A stretch of 48,036 bases of DNA, the filler included, from an uncultured virus (IMG/VR IMGVR_UViG_2061766007_001949) (taxonomy: Duplodnaviria; Heunggongvirae; Uroviricota; Caudoviricetes). It is 4 parts of one record of this genome, joined end to end, with 100 filler letters (N's around TTAATTAATTAA, not from the genome) between each part and the next. Parts side by side here need not be neighbours in the genome. Positions count along the whole stretch, not along the records: positions 32,865 to 47,794 come from IMGVR_UViG_2061766007_001949; positions 47,895 to 48,036 come from IMGVR_UViG_2061766007_001949; 2 more parts are not named here. One strand, written 5' to 3'. The translations under genes were made by a program, and so were the position numbers. Below, piece after piece: positions 38,831-48,036 of the stretch. How positions within the stretch are numbered: the stretch's first letter is position 1; the number at the start of each line of letters is the position of its first letter. The notes below the pieces were generated by a model. That model did no database searches. It was not told the DNA's origin and saw nothing but the letters and a program-made list of their open reading frames with translations.

Positions 38831-40087
38831 ATGAAAACAACGACTGATATGCAGCTGGTGCCCGTCAGCAAACTGGTACCCTATGTCAACAATGCCCGGA
38901 CGCACTCGCCGGAACAGGTCATGAAGCTCCGCTCTTCGCTGCGGGAATTTGGCTTTATCAACCCTATCATCATCGACCGTGACTATGGCATCATCGCCGG
39001 TCACGGTCGTCTGCTTGCCGCCAAGGAGGAAGACATCACCGAGGTGCCCTGTGTCTTTGTGGATTACCTGACCGAAGCACAGAAAAAAGCCTACATTCTC
39101 GCCGACAACCGCATGGCGATGGACGCAGGCTGGGATGAAGAACTCCTCCGGGTGGAAATCGAAGCGCTGCAGGGCGAGGCTTTTGACGTCTCCCTTACCG
39201 GCTTTGACGAGAAGGAACTGGCTGACCTGTTCAAGGACGGGAGCGATTCTGACGCGGAAGATGACGATTACGACCTGAGTGCTGCGCTGGAGAAGGCAGC
39301 CTTTGTGAAGCGTGGCGATATCTGGACAGTCGGCAGACACCGGCTCATGTGCGGTGACGCCACCAGCGCCGAGGATGTGGCAGCGCTCATGGATGGCCGG
39401 AAAGCAAATCTCATTCTGACCGACCCACCCTATGGCGTTTCCTTCAAGAGCTCCAGCGGCCTGACCATTCAGAATGACTCCATGAAGGACGAGGAATTCT
39501 ACCATTTCCTGCTCGACTCCTTCAAGAACATGGCCGACCACCTCGAAAAAGGTGGTGCCGCCTATGTTTTTCATGCAGATACCGAGGGCCTCAACTTCCG
39601 CAGGGCTTTCATCGATGCTGGTTTCCATCTCGCCGGATGCTGTATCTGGGTGAAGGATTCGCTGGTTTTGGGGCGCTCGGATTACCAGTGGCAGCATGAG
39701 CCGGTGCTCTATGGCTTCATGCAGAACGGAAAGCATCCGTGGTACTCCGACCGAAAGCAGACTACCATCTGGAATTTTGCCAAGCCCAAGCGGAACGCAA
39801 ATCACCCGACCAGCAAGCCGCTCGACCTGCTGGGCTATCCTATCGGAAACTCCACGCAGGAGAACGCCATCGTCATCGATACCTTCGGCGGCAGCGGTTC
39901 TACGCTCATGGCTTGTGAGCAGATGAACCGCACCTGCTGCACGATGGAGCTCGACGAAAAGTACGCATCTGTCATCCTTCGCAGATATGTGGATGACACC
40001 GGGGATGCTGACGGTGTCTACGTCATCCGCGACGGCGAAAAACTGCCCTACGCGGCGCTGGTGAAGGACGTCGAGCCCGCCTCCTGA
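38831..40087 (+). CDS. ParB-like N-terminal domain fused to DNA amino-methyltransferase
   Basis: PYVNNARTHS...IIAGHGR...LADNR; TDPPY; HPTSKP; DTFGGSGST. Confidence 0.92.
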   Translation: MKTTTDMQLVPVSKLVPYVNNARTHSPEQVMKLRSSLREFGFINPIIIDRDYGIIAGHGRLLAAKEEDITEVPCVFVDYLTEAQKKAYILADNRMAMDAGWDEELLRVEIEALQGEAFDVSLTGFDEKELADLFKDGSDSDAEDDDYDLSAALEKAAFVKRGDIWTVGRHRLMCGDATSAEDVAALMDGRKANLILTDPPYGVSFKSSSGLTIQNDSMKDEEFYHFLLDSFKNMADHLEKGGAAYVFHADTEGLNFRRAFIDAGFHLAGCCIWVKDSLVLGRSDYQWQHEPVLYGFMQNGKHPWYSDRKQTTIWNFAKPKRNANHPTSKPLDLLGYPIGNSTQENAIVIDTFGGSGSTLMACEQMNRTCCTMELDEKYASVILRRYVDDTGDADGVYVIRDGEKLPYAALVKDVEPAS

Positions 40088-40221
40088 TTGTCACTATTAC
40101 ACACGTTCCAAGGCACATCTTTGTCGGATTTATGCTCCAGAATTGACTTGCTATTCTGTGCCTGTAGAGCGAATATGTGACTACCCTGAACGGGGAAAAC
40201 ATATACAGGAGGATTTCAACC

Positions 40222-40923
40222 ATGGAAATCAGGTACAACGTAACCGGCGACCGGCGCAAGGAGCTGGTCAAAGTCATCTCCGGTATCACTGGAGCCAAGG
40301 CAGTCTACAAGTTCATGCCGACTTGCAACTACGAAATCGACTACTTCACCGTCACCAAGGACGGCACCCTGCTTTTCGACGACCGCGCCAACAGCGAGGA
40401 GGTCGAGCGGGTGCTGGAGGGCATCGCGGCTGCGGGCTTCGCTTGCGAGGCACCGGTGGAAACGACCGAGGAGCCGGAGGAAGCGGCTCAGGAGGAAGAC
40501 GTGGGCCTCACGATTGCGGTTCCGCTCGATAAGGTTCAGGTCGGGAACCTGACCAAGCTGCTGGACGCCAAGGGCAGCCTCATCAAAAAGGCGCTGGGCA
40601 TCGACGACCTGCGCTTCGAGCTTGAGGAAGACCGCATCACCTTCCCGTGGTTTGCCGAGCCGCAGCCGGAGGAAGCCACCGCCTACACCCACTTCATTGC
40701 CGCACTCTGCCGGATGTCCAAGGATGCCAAGCGCATCACTGCAAAGGAAAAACCGGTTGACAATGAGAAGTATGCCTTCCGCTGCTTCCTGCTCCGGCTG
40801 GGCTTCATCGGGGATGCTTACAAGACCGACCGGAAAATCCTGCTCCGGAACCTCTCCGGCTCCAGCGCCTTCAAATCCGGTGCCAAACGAATGGAGATGA
40901 CAGACGATGCGGTTTCCGAATAA
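40222..40923 (+). CDS. Phage 'virulence-related' hypothetical protein
   Basis: MEIRYNVTGDRRKELV...NEKYAFRCFLLRLGFIG...RKILLRNLSGSSAFK. AGGAGG RBS. Confidence 0.75.
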   Translation: MEIRYNVTGDRRKELVKVISGITGAKAVYKFMPTCNYEIDYFTVTKDGTLLFDDRANSEEVERVLEGIAAAGFACEAPVETTEEPEEAAQEEDVGLTIAVPLDKVQVGNLTKLLDAKGSLIKKALGIDDLRFELEEDRITFPWFAEPQPEEATAYTHFIAALCRMSKDAKRITAKEKPVDNEKYAFRCFLLRLGFIGDAYKTDRKILLRNLSGSSAFKSGAKRMEMTDDAVSE

Positions 40924-41140
40924 GGCTGTCATCGAGCACCTCCGCCAGACCTACCCGGTCGGCACTCGTGTGGAGCTGACCCAGATGGACGATGCGCAGG
41001 CTCCTCCGGTGGGAACCAGAGGCACCGTCATCGGAGTCGATGATACCGGCAGCATCATGGTCGATTGGGACAATGGCTCCGGCCTGAATGTTATCTACGG
41101 CATCGACCGCTGCAGGAAGGTGGTGGATTCCGATGACTGA
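40907..41140 (+). CDS. DUF4314-family protein
   Basis: YPVGTRVEL..MDD...PPVGTRGTV..VDDTG...VDWDNGSGL...YGID. Confidence 0.8.
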   Translation: MRFPNKAVIEHLRQTYPVGTRVELTQMDDAQAPPVGTRGTVIGVDDTGSIMVDWDNGSGLNVIYGIDRCRKVVDSDD

Positions 41141-41309
41141 GACCATCCGGGAACAGATTCTCGCCATCCGGGACACCGGCCTGACCAACATGTTCGATAT
41201 CCCGATGGTGCAGCGCCTCGCCTTTGACCGGGACTTCCACGAGCTGGTCTGCTACTTGGAGGAGCACCGCAAAGAGTACGTTCACTTCATCATGTACGGC
41301 GAAGAGTAA
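41133..41309 (+). CDS. DUF5049-family protein
   Basis: MTETIREQILAIRDTGLTNMFD...YVHFIMYG. Confidence 0.8.
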   Translation: MTETIREQILAIRDTGLTNMFDIPMVQRLAFDRDFHELVCYLEEHRKEYVHFIMYGEE

Positions 41310-41476
41310 GCCCTGCCGCCAAGAGAGCCGGATGGCTCTTTTGGTCGTATAGTACACAATATTCCTCCGCGATATTTGTTCAGTATATTCCCGATAATTG
41401 ACTTGCTATTATGTGCTTTTAGAGCGAATATACAGTCACCGAAAGGGAAAACAACACAAATACGGAGGACACGAAC

Positions 41477-41806
41477 ATGAAAAACCTTTACCAGATGAGA
41501 AACGCCTTCAGCCTGCGGGAGTACAACACCGCGATTACCAGAGCCGATTTCGAGGCGCACTTCACCAAGACCCGCGAGAGCGTTCGGTTCACCTTCAACG
41601 GCTGGGACGGCAAGAGCTACGACGGCGAGAGCCGCAGCGCGAAGGTCTACCGCACCGACCTCGAAGGCTACGAAGATGCCCGGTTCGTTAAGGTCGGCAA
41701 GCACCTGCACTACATCGACGAGGACAGCAGCGTTCTGGAGAAGGCCACCGGCGAGTACCACAAGGAAGCCGAATGGCTGGTGGACGTCCTCAAGGCTGAG
41801 AACTGA
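41477..41806 (+). CDS. Hypothetical protein
   Basis: 109-aa ORF with GGAGG RBS and its own upstream promoter-like motif. Confidence 0.7.
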   Translation: MKNLYQMRNAFSLREYNTAITRADFEAHFTKTRESVRFTFNGWDGKSYDGESRSAKVYRTDLEGYEDARFVKVGKHLHYIDEDSSVLEKATGEYHKEAEWLVDVLKAEN

Positions 41807-41819
41807 GGAGGGCTGAACC

Positions 41820-42074
41820 ATGTGGAGCGAAGGAACCATCAGAATCCCGGACGCGAAGGACAAGGGCAAAAACACAGTTTGCCATTACTGGGTCAAACAC
41901 TACGAGGAGCCCAGCGAGACCTACGGCATCAACGGTGGCAGAATCAGCAAGCTCATGATTAAGGTGGACGGTGTCATCACCGCCAACTACGACAGGGGCT
42001 GGGATGTGGAGCCCGCCGAGGACGATATGCCGACCCGGATGGCCTACTGCATCCTGCTGGAAAACTACAACTGA
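41820..42074 (+). CDS. Conserved phage hypothetical protein
   Basis: MWSEGTI...YWVKHYEEPSETYGINGGRISKL...NYDRGWDVEP. Confidence 0.7.
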   Translation: MWSEGTIRIPDAKDKGKNTVCHYWVKHYEEPSETYGINGGRISKLMIKVDGVITANYDRGWDVEPAEDDMPTRMAYCILLENYN

Positions 42075-42358
42075 GTCGGTAATTCCCGAAGAGCGGAGCC
42101 GCAAGGCTCTGTCTCTCGTATAGAACGATANNNNNNNNNNAGCGATTACCAGAGCCGATTTCGAGGCCCACTTCACCAAGACCCGCGAGAGCGTCCGGTT
42201 CACCTTCAACGGCTGGGACGGCAAGAGCTACGACGGCGAGAGCCGNNNNNNNNNNGAATTCCCGAAGAGCGGAGCCGCAAGGCTCTGTCTCTCGTATAGA
42301 ACGATACGACGGCTTGCCTGATGGCAGGTCATTTTTTATGCCCATCGGAGGTGATGAC

Positions 42359-43130
42359 TTGCGAAAGCTGAAGAAATATAAGCCCACGGCATTCAAGGCC
42401 AAGGACTCCGTTTACGATAAGGACGCTGCGGATTATGCTGTGAACTTCATCGAGTGCCTGTGCCACACCAAGGGCACCTGGGCGGGCAGGCCATTTGAGC
42501 TCATCGACTGGCAGGAGCAGATTATCCGCGACCTGTTCGGCATCCTGAAGCCCAACGGCTACCGGCAATTTAATACGGCCTATGTGGAGATACCCAAGAA
42601 GATGGGCAAATCGGAACTGGCCGCTGCCATTGCTCTATTGCTCACCTGCGGCGACGGCGAGGAGCGGGCTGAGGTCTATGGCTGCGCAGCTGACCGCCAG
42701 CAGGCGACCATTGTTTTTGATGTGGCCGCCGACATGGTGCGTATGTGCCCTGCGCTCAATAAGCGTGTGAAGATTCTGGCCTCCCAGAAGAGAATCATCT
42801 TTCAGCCCACCAACAGCTTCTATCAGGTGCTGTCAGCGGAGGCGTATTCCAAGCACGGCTTTAACATCCACGGCGTGGTATTTGACGAGCTGCATACCCA
42901 GCCCAACCGGAAACTCTTTGACGTCATGACNNNNNNNNNNNNNNNNNNNNNNNNNNNNNNNNNNNNNNNNNNNNNNNNNNNNNTACCAACAGCATCTGCT
43001 ATGAGACGCACCAGAAGGCCAAGGATATTCTGGAGGGCCGCAAAATCGACCCGACCTTCTATCCTGTCATTTATGGTGCAGATGAATCTGATGACTGGAC
43101 AGACCCGAAGGTCTGGAAGAAAGCCAATCC
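42359..43130 (+). CDS. terL: Terminase large subunit, 5' part (other pieces inverted at 44521-45264 and 45549-45713)
   Basis: TTG start after GGAGGTGA; WQEQII; EIPKKMGKSEL (Walker A); VVFDELH (Walker B). Confidence 0.93.
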
Positions 43131-44024
43131 NNNNNNNNNNNNNNNNNNNNNNNNNNNNNNNNNNNNNNNNNNNNNNNNNNNNNNNNNNNNNNNNNNNNNN
43201 NNNNNNNNNNNNNNNNNNNNNNNNNNNNNNNNNNNNNNNNNNNNNNNNNNNNNNNNNNNNNNNNNNNNNNNNNNNNNNNNNNNNNNNNNNNNNNNNNNNN
43301 NNNNNNNNNNNNNNNNNNNNNNNNNNNNNNNNNNNNNNNNNNNNNNNNNNNNNNNNNNNNNNNNNNNNNNNNNNNNNNNNNNNNNNNNNNNNNNNNNNNN
43401 NNNNNNNNNNNNNNNNNNNNNNNNNNNNNNNNNNNNNNNNNNNNNNNNNNNNNNNNNNNNNNNNNNNNNNNNNNNNNNNNNNNNNNNNNNNNNNNNNNNN
43501 NNNNNNNNNNNNNNNNNNNNNNNNNNNNNNNNNNNNNNNNNNNNNNNNNNNNNNNNNNNNNNNNNNNNNNNNNNNNNNNNNNNNNNNNNNNNNNNNNNNN
43601 NNNNNNNNNNNNNNNNNNNNNNNNNNNNNNNNNNNNNNNNNNNNNNNNNNNNNNNNNNNNNNNNNNNNNNNNNNNNNNNNNNNNNNNNNNNNNNNNNNNN
43701 NNNNNNNNNNNNNNNNNNNNNNNNNNNNNNNNNNNNNNNNNNNNNNNNNNNNNNNNNNNNNNNNNNNNNNNNNNNNNNNNNNNNNNNNNNNNNNNNNNNN
43801 NNNNNNNNNNNNNNNNNNNNNNNNNNNNNNNNNNNNNNNNNNNNNNNNNNNNNNNNNNNNNNNNNNNNNNNNNNNNNNNNNNNNNNNNNNNNNNNNNNNN
43901 NNNNNNNNNNNNNNNNNNNNNNNNNNNNNNNNNNNNNNNNNNNNNNNNNNNNNNNNNNNNNNNNNNNNNNNNNNNNNNNNNNNNNNNNNNNNNNNNNNNN
44001 NNNNNNNNNNNNNNNNNNNNNNNN

Positions 44025-46384
44025 AAAAGCGCTCACGCATCCGCTCTACCGGCTGCTCCACGACGAGCCCAATCCGGAGATGACTTCTTTCGTGTTCCGG
44101 GAGACCCTCATGACGCATCTGCTCCTGTGGGGCAATGCCTATGCGCAAATCATCCGGAACGGCAAAGGTGAGGTCATCGCGCTGTATCCGCTCATGCCGA
44201 ACCGTATGACAGTAGACCGGGATGAACACGGTCAGCTCTACTACAGCTACCAGATGAGTAACGAGGACGCGCCGACGATGAAGACCGGCACGGTCGTTCT
44301 GAAGCCAAGAGACGTCCTCCATGTTCCGGGCCTCGGCTTTGACGGGCTGGTGGGCTATTCGCCGATTGCGATGGCGAAAAACTCTATCGGTATGGCGATT
44401 GCCTGTGAGGAGTACGGCGCTAAGTTCTTCGCCAACGGTGCGACTCCGGGCGGCCTGCTGGAATTCCCCGGCACAGTCAAGAATCCGGACGCCATCCGAG
44501 AGAGCTGGAANNNNNNNNNNCTGACCAAAGGGCACGACTGTAAATCCCATGCCTTCGAGGTTCTGTACCATCTGCACGGCTCCCCAGCGGTCAAAGGCAA
44601 TCTCCCGGATGTTGAACCGCTCTCCCAGCCGCTCGATGAATTTTTCGATATAACCGTAGTGGACGACGTTGCCCTCCGTAGTCTGGAGATATCCCTGCCG
44701 TTCCCAGATGTCATAAGGAACGTGGTCGCGCCGGACGCGCAGGTCAAGGGTCTCTTCCGGTATCCAGAAGTATGGGAGCACGATGTATTTATCTTCCTCA
44801 TCCATCGGCGGGAACACCAGTACAAAGGCCGTGATATCCGTTGTGGAGGACAAGTCGAGACCACCGTAGCAGACACGCCCTTCAAGGTCATCTTCGTTGA
44901 CCGGGAATGCGCAGGCGTCCCATTTCTCCATCGGCATCCAGCGGACGGCCTGTTTGACCCACTGGTTGAGTCGCAGCTGCCGGAAAGAATTCTCCTCGCC
45001 GGGATTCTGCTTGGCGCTCTCACAGGCGGCCCGGACTTTATCGATTCCGACCGTGATGCCGAGAGACGGATTGGCTTTCTTCCAGACCTTCGGGTCTGTC
45101 CAGTCATCAGATTCATCCGCACCATAGATGACAGGATAAAAGGTCGGGTCGATTTTGCGCCCCTCCAGAATGTCCTTGGCCTTCTGGTGCGTCTCGTAGC
45201 AGATGCTGTTGGTGTCCGTCCCGGCTGTGGTAATCAGAAAATAGAGCGGCTGCATCCGAGCGTCNNNNNNNNNNCCGTAGCTGCCGGAAGGAATTCTCCT
45301 CGCCGGGATTCTGCTTGGCGCTCTCGCAGGCAGCACGGACTTTATCGATTCCGACCGTGATGCCGAGAGACGGATTGGCTTTCTTNNNNNNNNNNNNNNN
45401 NNNNNNNNNNNNNNNNNNNNNNNNNNNNNNNNNNNNNNNNNNNNNNNNNNNNNNNNNNNNNNNNNNNNNNNNNNNNNNNNNNNNNNNNNNNNNNNNNNNN
45501 NNNNNNNNNNNNNNNNNNNNNNNNNNNNNNNNNNNNNNNNNNNNNNNNGCCGGAGCCCTTGGTCATGACGTCAAAGAGTTTCCGGTTGGGCTGGGTATGC
45601 AGCTCGTCAAAAACGACGCCGTGGATATTGAAGCCGTGTTTGGAATATGCCTCCGCTGACAGTACCTGATAGAAGCTGTTGGTGGGCTGAAAGATGATTC
45701 TCTTCTGGGAGGCNNNNNNNNNNCAAGGGCTTCTCCGGCAGCAATTCTCATAAGATTGCCATTCTGGAGGAAGGCATGAAGTACACGCCTATCTCCATCT
45801 CCCCGGAGCAGGCGCAGTTCCTTGAGACCAGAAAATTTCAGATTGATGAGATAGCTCGAATTTTCCGAGTGCCGCCCCACATGGTCGGTGATTTGGAAAA
45901 GTCGAGCTTTTCCAATATAGAGCAACAGTCTCTGGAATTTGTGAAGTACACGCTGGAGCCGTGGATAGTCCGCTGGGAGCAGTCACTGAACCGGTCGCTC
46001 CTGTCCGAGACGGAGAAGGCGACGTTCTTTGTCAAATTCAATGTGGACGGCTTGCTGCGCGGCGACTACCAAAGCCGGATGAGCGGCTATGCCACAGCCA
46101 GACAGAACGGCTGGATGTCCGCCAATGACATCCGGGAGCTCGAAAATCTCGACCGCATCCCGCCTGAGCTGGGCGGTGACCTGTATCTCATCAACGGCAA
46201 CATGACCAAGCTGGCGGATGCCGGTATTTTCGCGGCGACTTCTGCTGCGGGAAAGGAGGAAGATTCCGATGAAGAAGTTTTGGAAGTGGAAGAATCAGAC
46301 GGTAACGAATCAGGAGACGATGGAGACAGTGCAGGAACGGACGCTGTTCCTGAACGGAACCATCGCCGAGGAAAGCTGGTTTGA
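44025..46384 (+). CDS. HK97-family portal protein (pieces 44025-44510 and 45724-46384)
   Basis: LLLWGNAY; GYSPI; FFANGATPGG; QFLETRKFQIDEIARIFRVPPHMVG; NDIRELENL. Confidence 0.92.
44521..45264 (-). CDS. terL: Terminase large subunit middle fragment (inverted)
   Basis: ITTAGTD; WKKANPSLG; FRQLRLNQWV; GGLDLSSTTD. Confidence 0.9.
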
Positions 46385-47018
46385 CGATGACCTCACCCCG
46401 CAGATGTTCAAGGATGAGCTGAATGCGGGCACCGGCGACATCACGGTCTGGATTAACTCTCCGGGCGGCGACTGTGTCGCAGCGGCCCAAATCTACAACA
46501 TGCTGATGGATTACAAGGGCAATGTCACCGTGAAGATTGATGGCATCGCGGCTTCGGCTGCCTCCGTCATCGCTATGGCCGGTACGAAGGTGCTGGTCTC
46601 GCCGGTGTCCATGCTCATGATTCATAATCCGGCAACGGTGGCCTTCGGCGATTCGGCAGAAATGCAAAAGGCCATCGCCATGCTGAATGAAGTCAAGGAA
46701 TCCATCATCAATGCCTACGAAATCAAGACCGGCCTCTCCCGCGCAAAGCTCTCCCATCTGATGGATGCGGAGACCTGGATGGACGCGAACAAGGCGGTGG
46801 AGCTGGGCTTCGCCGATGGCATCCTGAAGCGCGAGTCCGGGGACGGCGGCGGTGAGGAACCGGCGCAGGTATCCATGCTGTATTCCGAGGCCAAGGTAGT
46901 CAATTCCCTAATGGACAAGCTGGCTGCCAAATGTCGGATTCAGCAGAAACAGGAAGAACCCAAGGTCAATGCCGACTCCCTGCTGGAGCGGCTCAATCTC
47001 ATGAAAAATTGGAGGTAA
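46269..47018 (+). CDS. clpP: ClpP-type prohead maturation protease
   Basis: WINSPGGD; IDGIAASAASVIAM; LMIHNP; ETWMDANKAVELGFAD. Confidence 0.93.
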   Translation: MKKFWKWKNQTVTNQETMETVQERTLFLNGTIAEESWFDDDLTPQMFKDELNAGTGDITVWINSPGGDCVAAAQIYNMLMDYKGNVTVKIDGIAASAASVIAMAGTKVLVSPVSMLMIHNPATVAFGDSAEMQKAIAMLNEVKESIINAYEIKTGLSRAKLSHLMDAETWMDANKAVELGFADGILKRESGDGGGEEPAQVSMLYSEAKVVNSLMDKLAAKCRIQQKQEEPKVNADSLLERLNLMKNWR

Positions 47019-47024
47019 TATACC

Positions 47025-47793
47025 ATGAGCAAGATTCTCGAAATGATTGAAAAGCGTAACCAGGCGTGGGAAGGCGCGAAGGCGTTTGTGGAAAGCAAGC
47101 GCGACAAGGACGGCCTGCTCTCTACCGAGGACGCTGCGGCCTATGCTGCTATGGAGCAGAAGGTCAAGGACTANNNNNNNNNNTAAGGGCTTCTCCGGCA
47201 GCAATTCTCATAAGATTGCCATTCTGGAGGAAGGNNNNNNNNNNTGGTGCGGAAATCGCCCGTCTGCAGGAGATGGAGGCAATGGAGCAGGAGCTCGCCA
47301 AGCCCGTAAACACTCCGCTCACCGGCAAGCCCATGAGCACCACCGAAAAGCCTGAGAAGACCGGTCGTGCTTCTGAGGCATACAAGCAGGCCATGCTGAC
47401 GGCCCTGCGCACCAATTTCCGTCAGGTCAGCAATGTCCTCTCTGAGGGCGTGGATGCCAACGGCGGCTACCTCGTTCCGGAAGAGTATGACCATCGTCTC
47501 ATCGACATCCTCGACGAGGAGAACGTGATGCGCAAGCTGGGCACCCGCATCACCACCTCCGGGGAGCACAAAATCAACATCGCGGCTACCAAGCCCGCAG
47601 CTGCATGGATTGAGGAAGGCGGTGCGCTGACTTTCGGTGACGCCACCTTCGACCAGATTATCCTTGATGCCCACAAGCTCCATGTGGCCATCAAGGTCAC
47701 CGAGGAGCTCCTGTANNNNNNNNNNTTTCGACCAGATTATCCTCGATGCCCACAAGCTCCATGTGGCCATCAAGGTCACTGAGGAGCTCCTGT
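47025..47793 (+). CDS. HK97-fold major capsid protein, partial
   Basis: MSKILEMIEKRNQAWE coiled coil; GGYLVPEE; AAWIEEG; IKVTEELL. Confidence 0.9.
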
Positions 47794-47894
47794 ANNNNNN
47801 NNNNNNNNNNNNNNNNNNNNNNNNNNNNNNNNNNNNNNTTAATTAATTAANNNNNNNNNNNNNNNNNNNNNNNNNNNNNNNNNNNNNNNNNNNN

Positions 47895-48036
47895 AATCAA
47901 GCCGGAATTCATTCAATCCCAAATCCATGATGGATATTCCTTCGGACATATCCTCAATGTCAACCACCTCATTTTGCAGACGTTTGAGCTGCTGACGGCG
48001 GTATTCCAGATCGCCCGTTTCTTCGGCATTGATCAG
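47895..48036 (-). CDS. Internal fragment of the R-M-associated SNF2-type helicase
   Basis: LINAEETGDLEYRRQQLKRLQNEVVDIEDMSEGISIMDLGLNEFRLD. Family recognised from memory; probably the same gene type as 6644-6790. Confidence 0.55.

Larger units (their letters stand above)
7985..47793. mobile_element. Temperate prophage (HK97-type head module) with a defence island at its left end; right end not in window
   Basis: Replication, packaging and head genes on +, contiguous with the divergent defence operon through 23825. The left boundary is inferred from the mod junction. No integrase is visible. A contig linker at 32809 interrupts the element. Confidence 0.75.

Noticed and set aside
37539..45713. 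Inverted terL/portal/helicase pieces as an invertible segment
   Set aside because: Every inversion is bounded by N gaps, and the pieces fit the large gaps elsewhere; this is scaffold mis-orientation, and no invertase is seen.
46269..46384. 116-nt portal/ClpP overlap
   Set aside because: The overlap encodes a low-complexity portal tail; such overlaps are ordinary in phage head modules.
23587..47793. Tandem gene duplications (sigma-like gene, polA end, metK, activator, capsid)
   Set aside because: The copies are bounded by 10-N gaps and differ by scattered substitutions, consistent with co-assembled strain variants.

Overview
Fragmented scaffold of a probable Bacillota/Clostridia genome. It contains many 10-N gaps separating near-identical strain variants, some inverted fragments, and artificial TTAATTAATTAA contig linkers at about 6549, 32809 and 47839. 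Left part (1-7984, minus strand): a type III restriction-modification locus (helicase, DUF4391-like gene, mod, res). It has three different Mod target-recognition domains and a polymorphic mod-res spacer, one allele of which carries a four-helix-bundle gene between heptamer-repeat hairpins. A gap-free contig (7850-23825) begins with a mod copy broken immediately before its DPPY catalytic codons, a probable integration junction. It continues as a leftward defence island: McrBC with an EVE-like domain, type I R-M, an RloC-like SMC ATPase, an Xis-like HTH protein and three uncharacterised proteins. Those three otherwise dissimilar proteins share a 21-aa Q/N-rich motif (xxQ[HN]GxxNx[QA]VxxxxNxxxx), C-terminal in one and N-terminal in two. 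This suggests an amyloid/RHIM-like signalling module and is the best candidate for an undescribed system. Divergently transcribed from 23587 is a temperate prophage: sigma-like regulator, DUF2800, SSB, PolA, primase, SNF2 helicase, late activator, HNH, TerS, MetK, ParB-methyltransferase, accessory genes, TerL, portal, ClpP and capsid. Family names come from motif recognition, not database searches.
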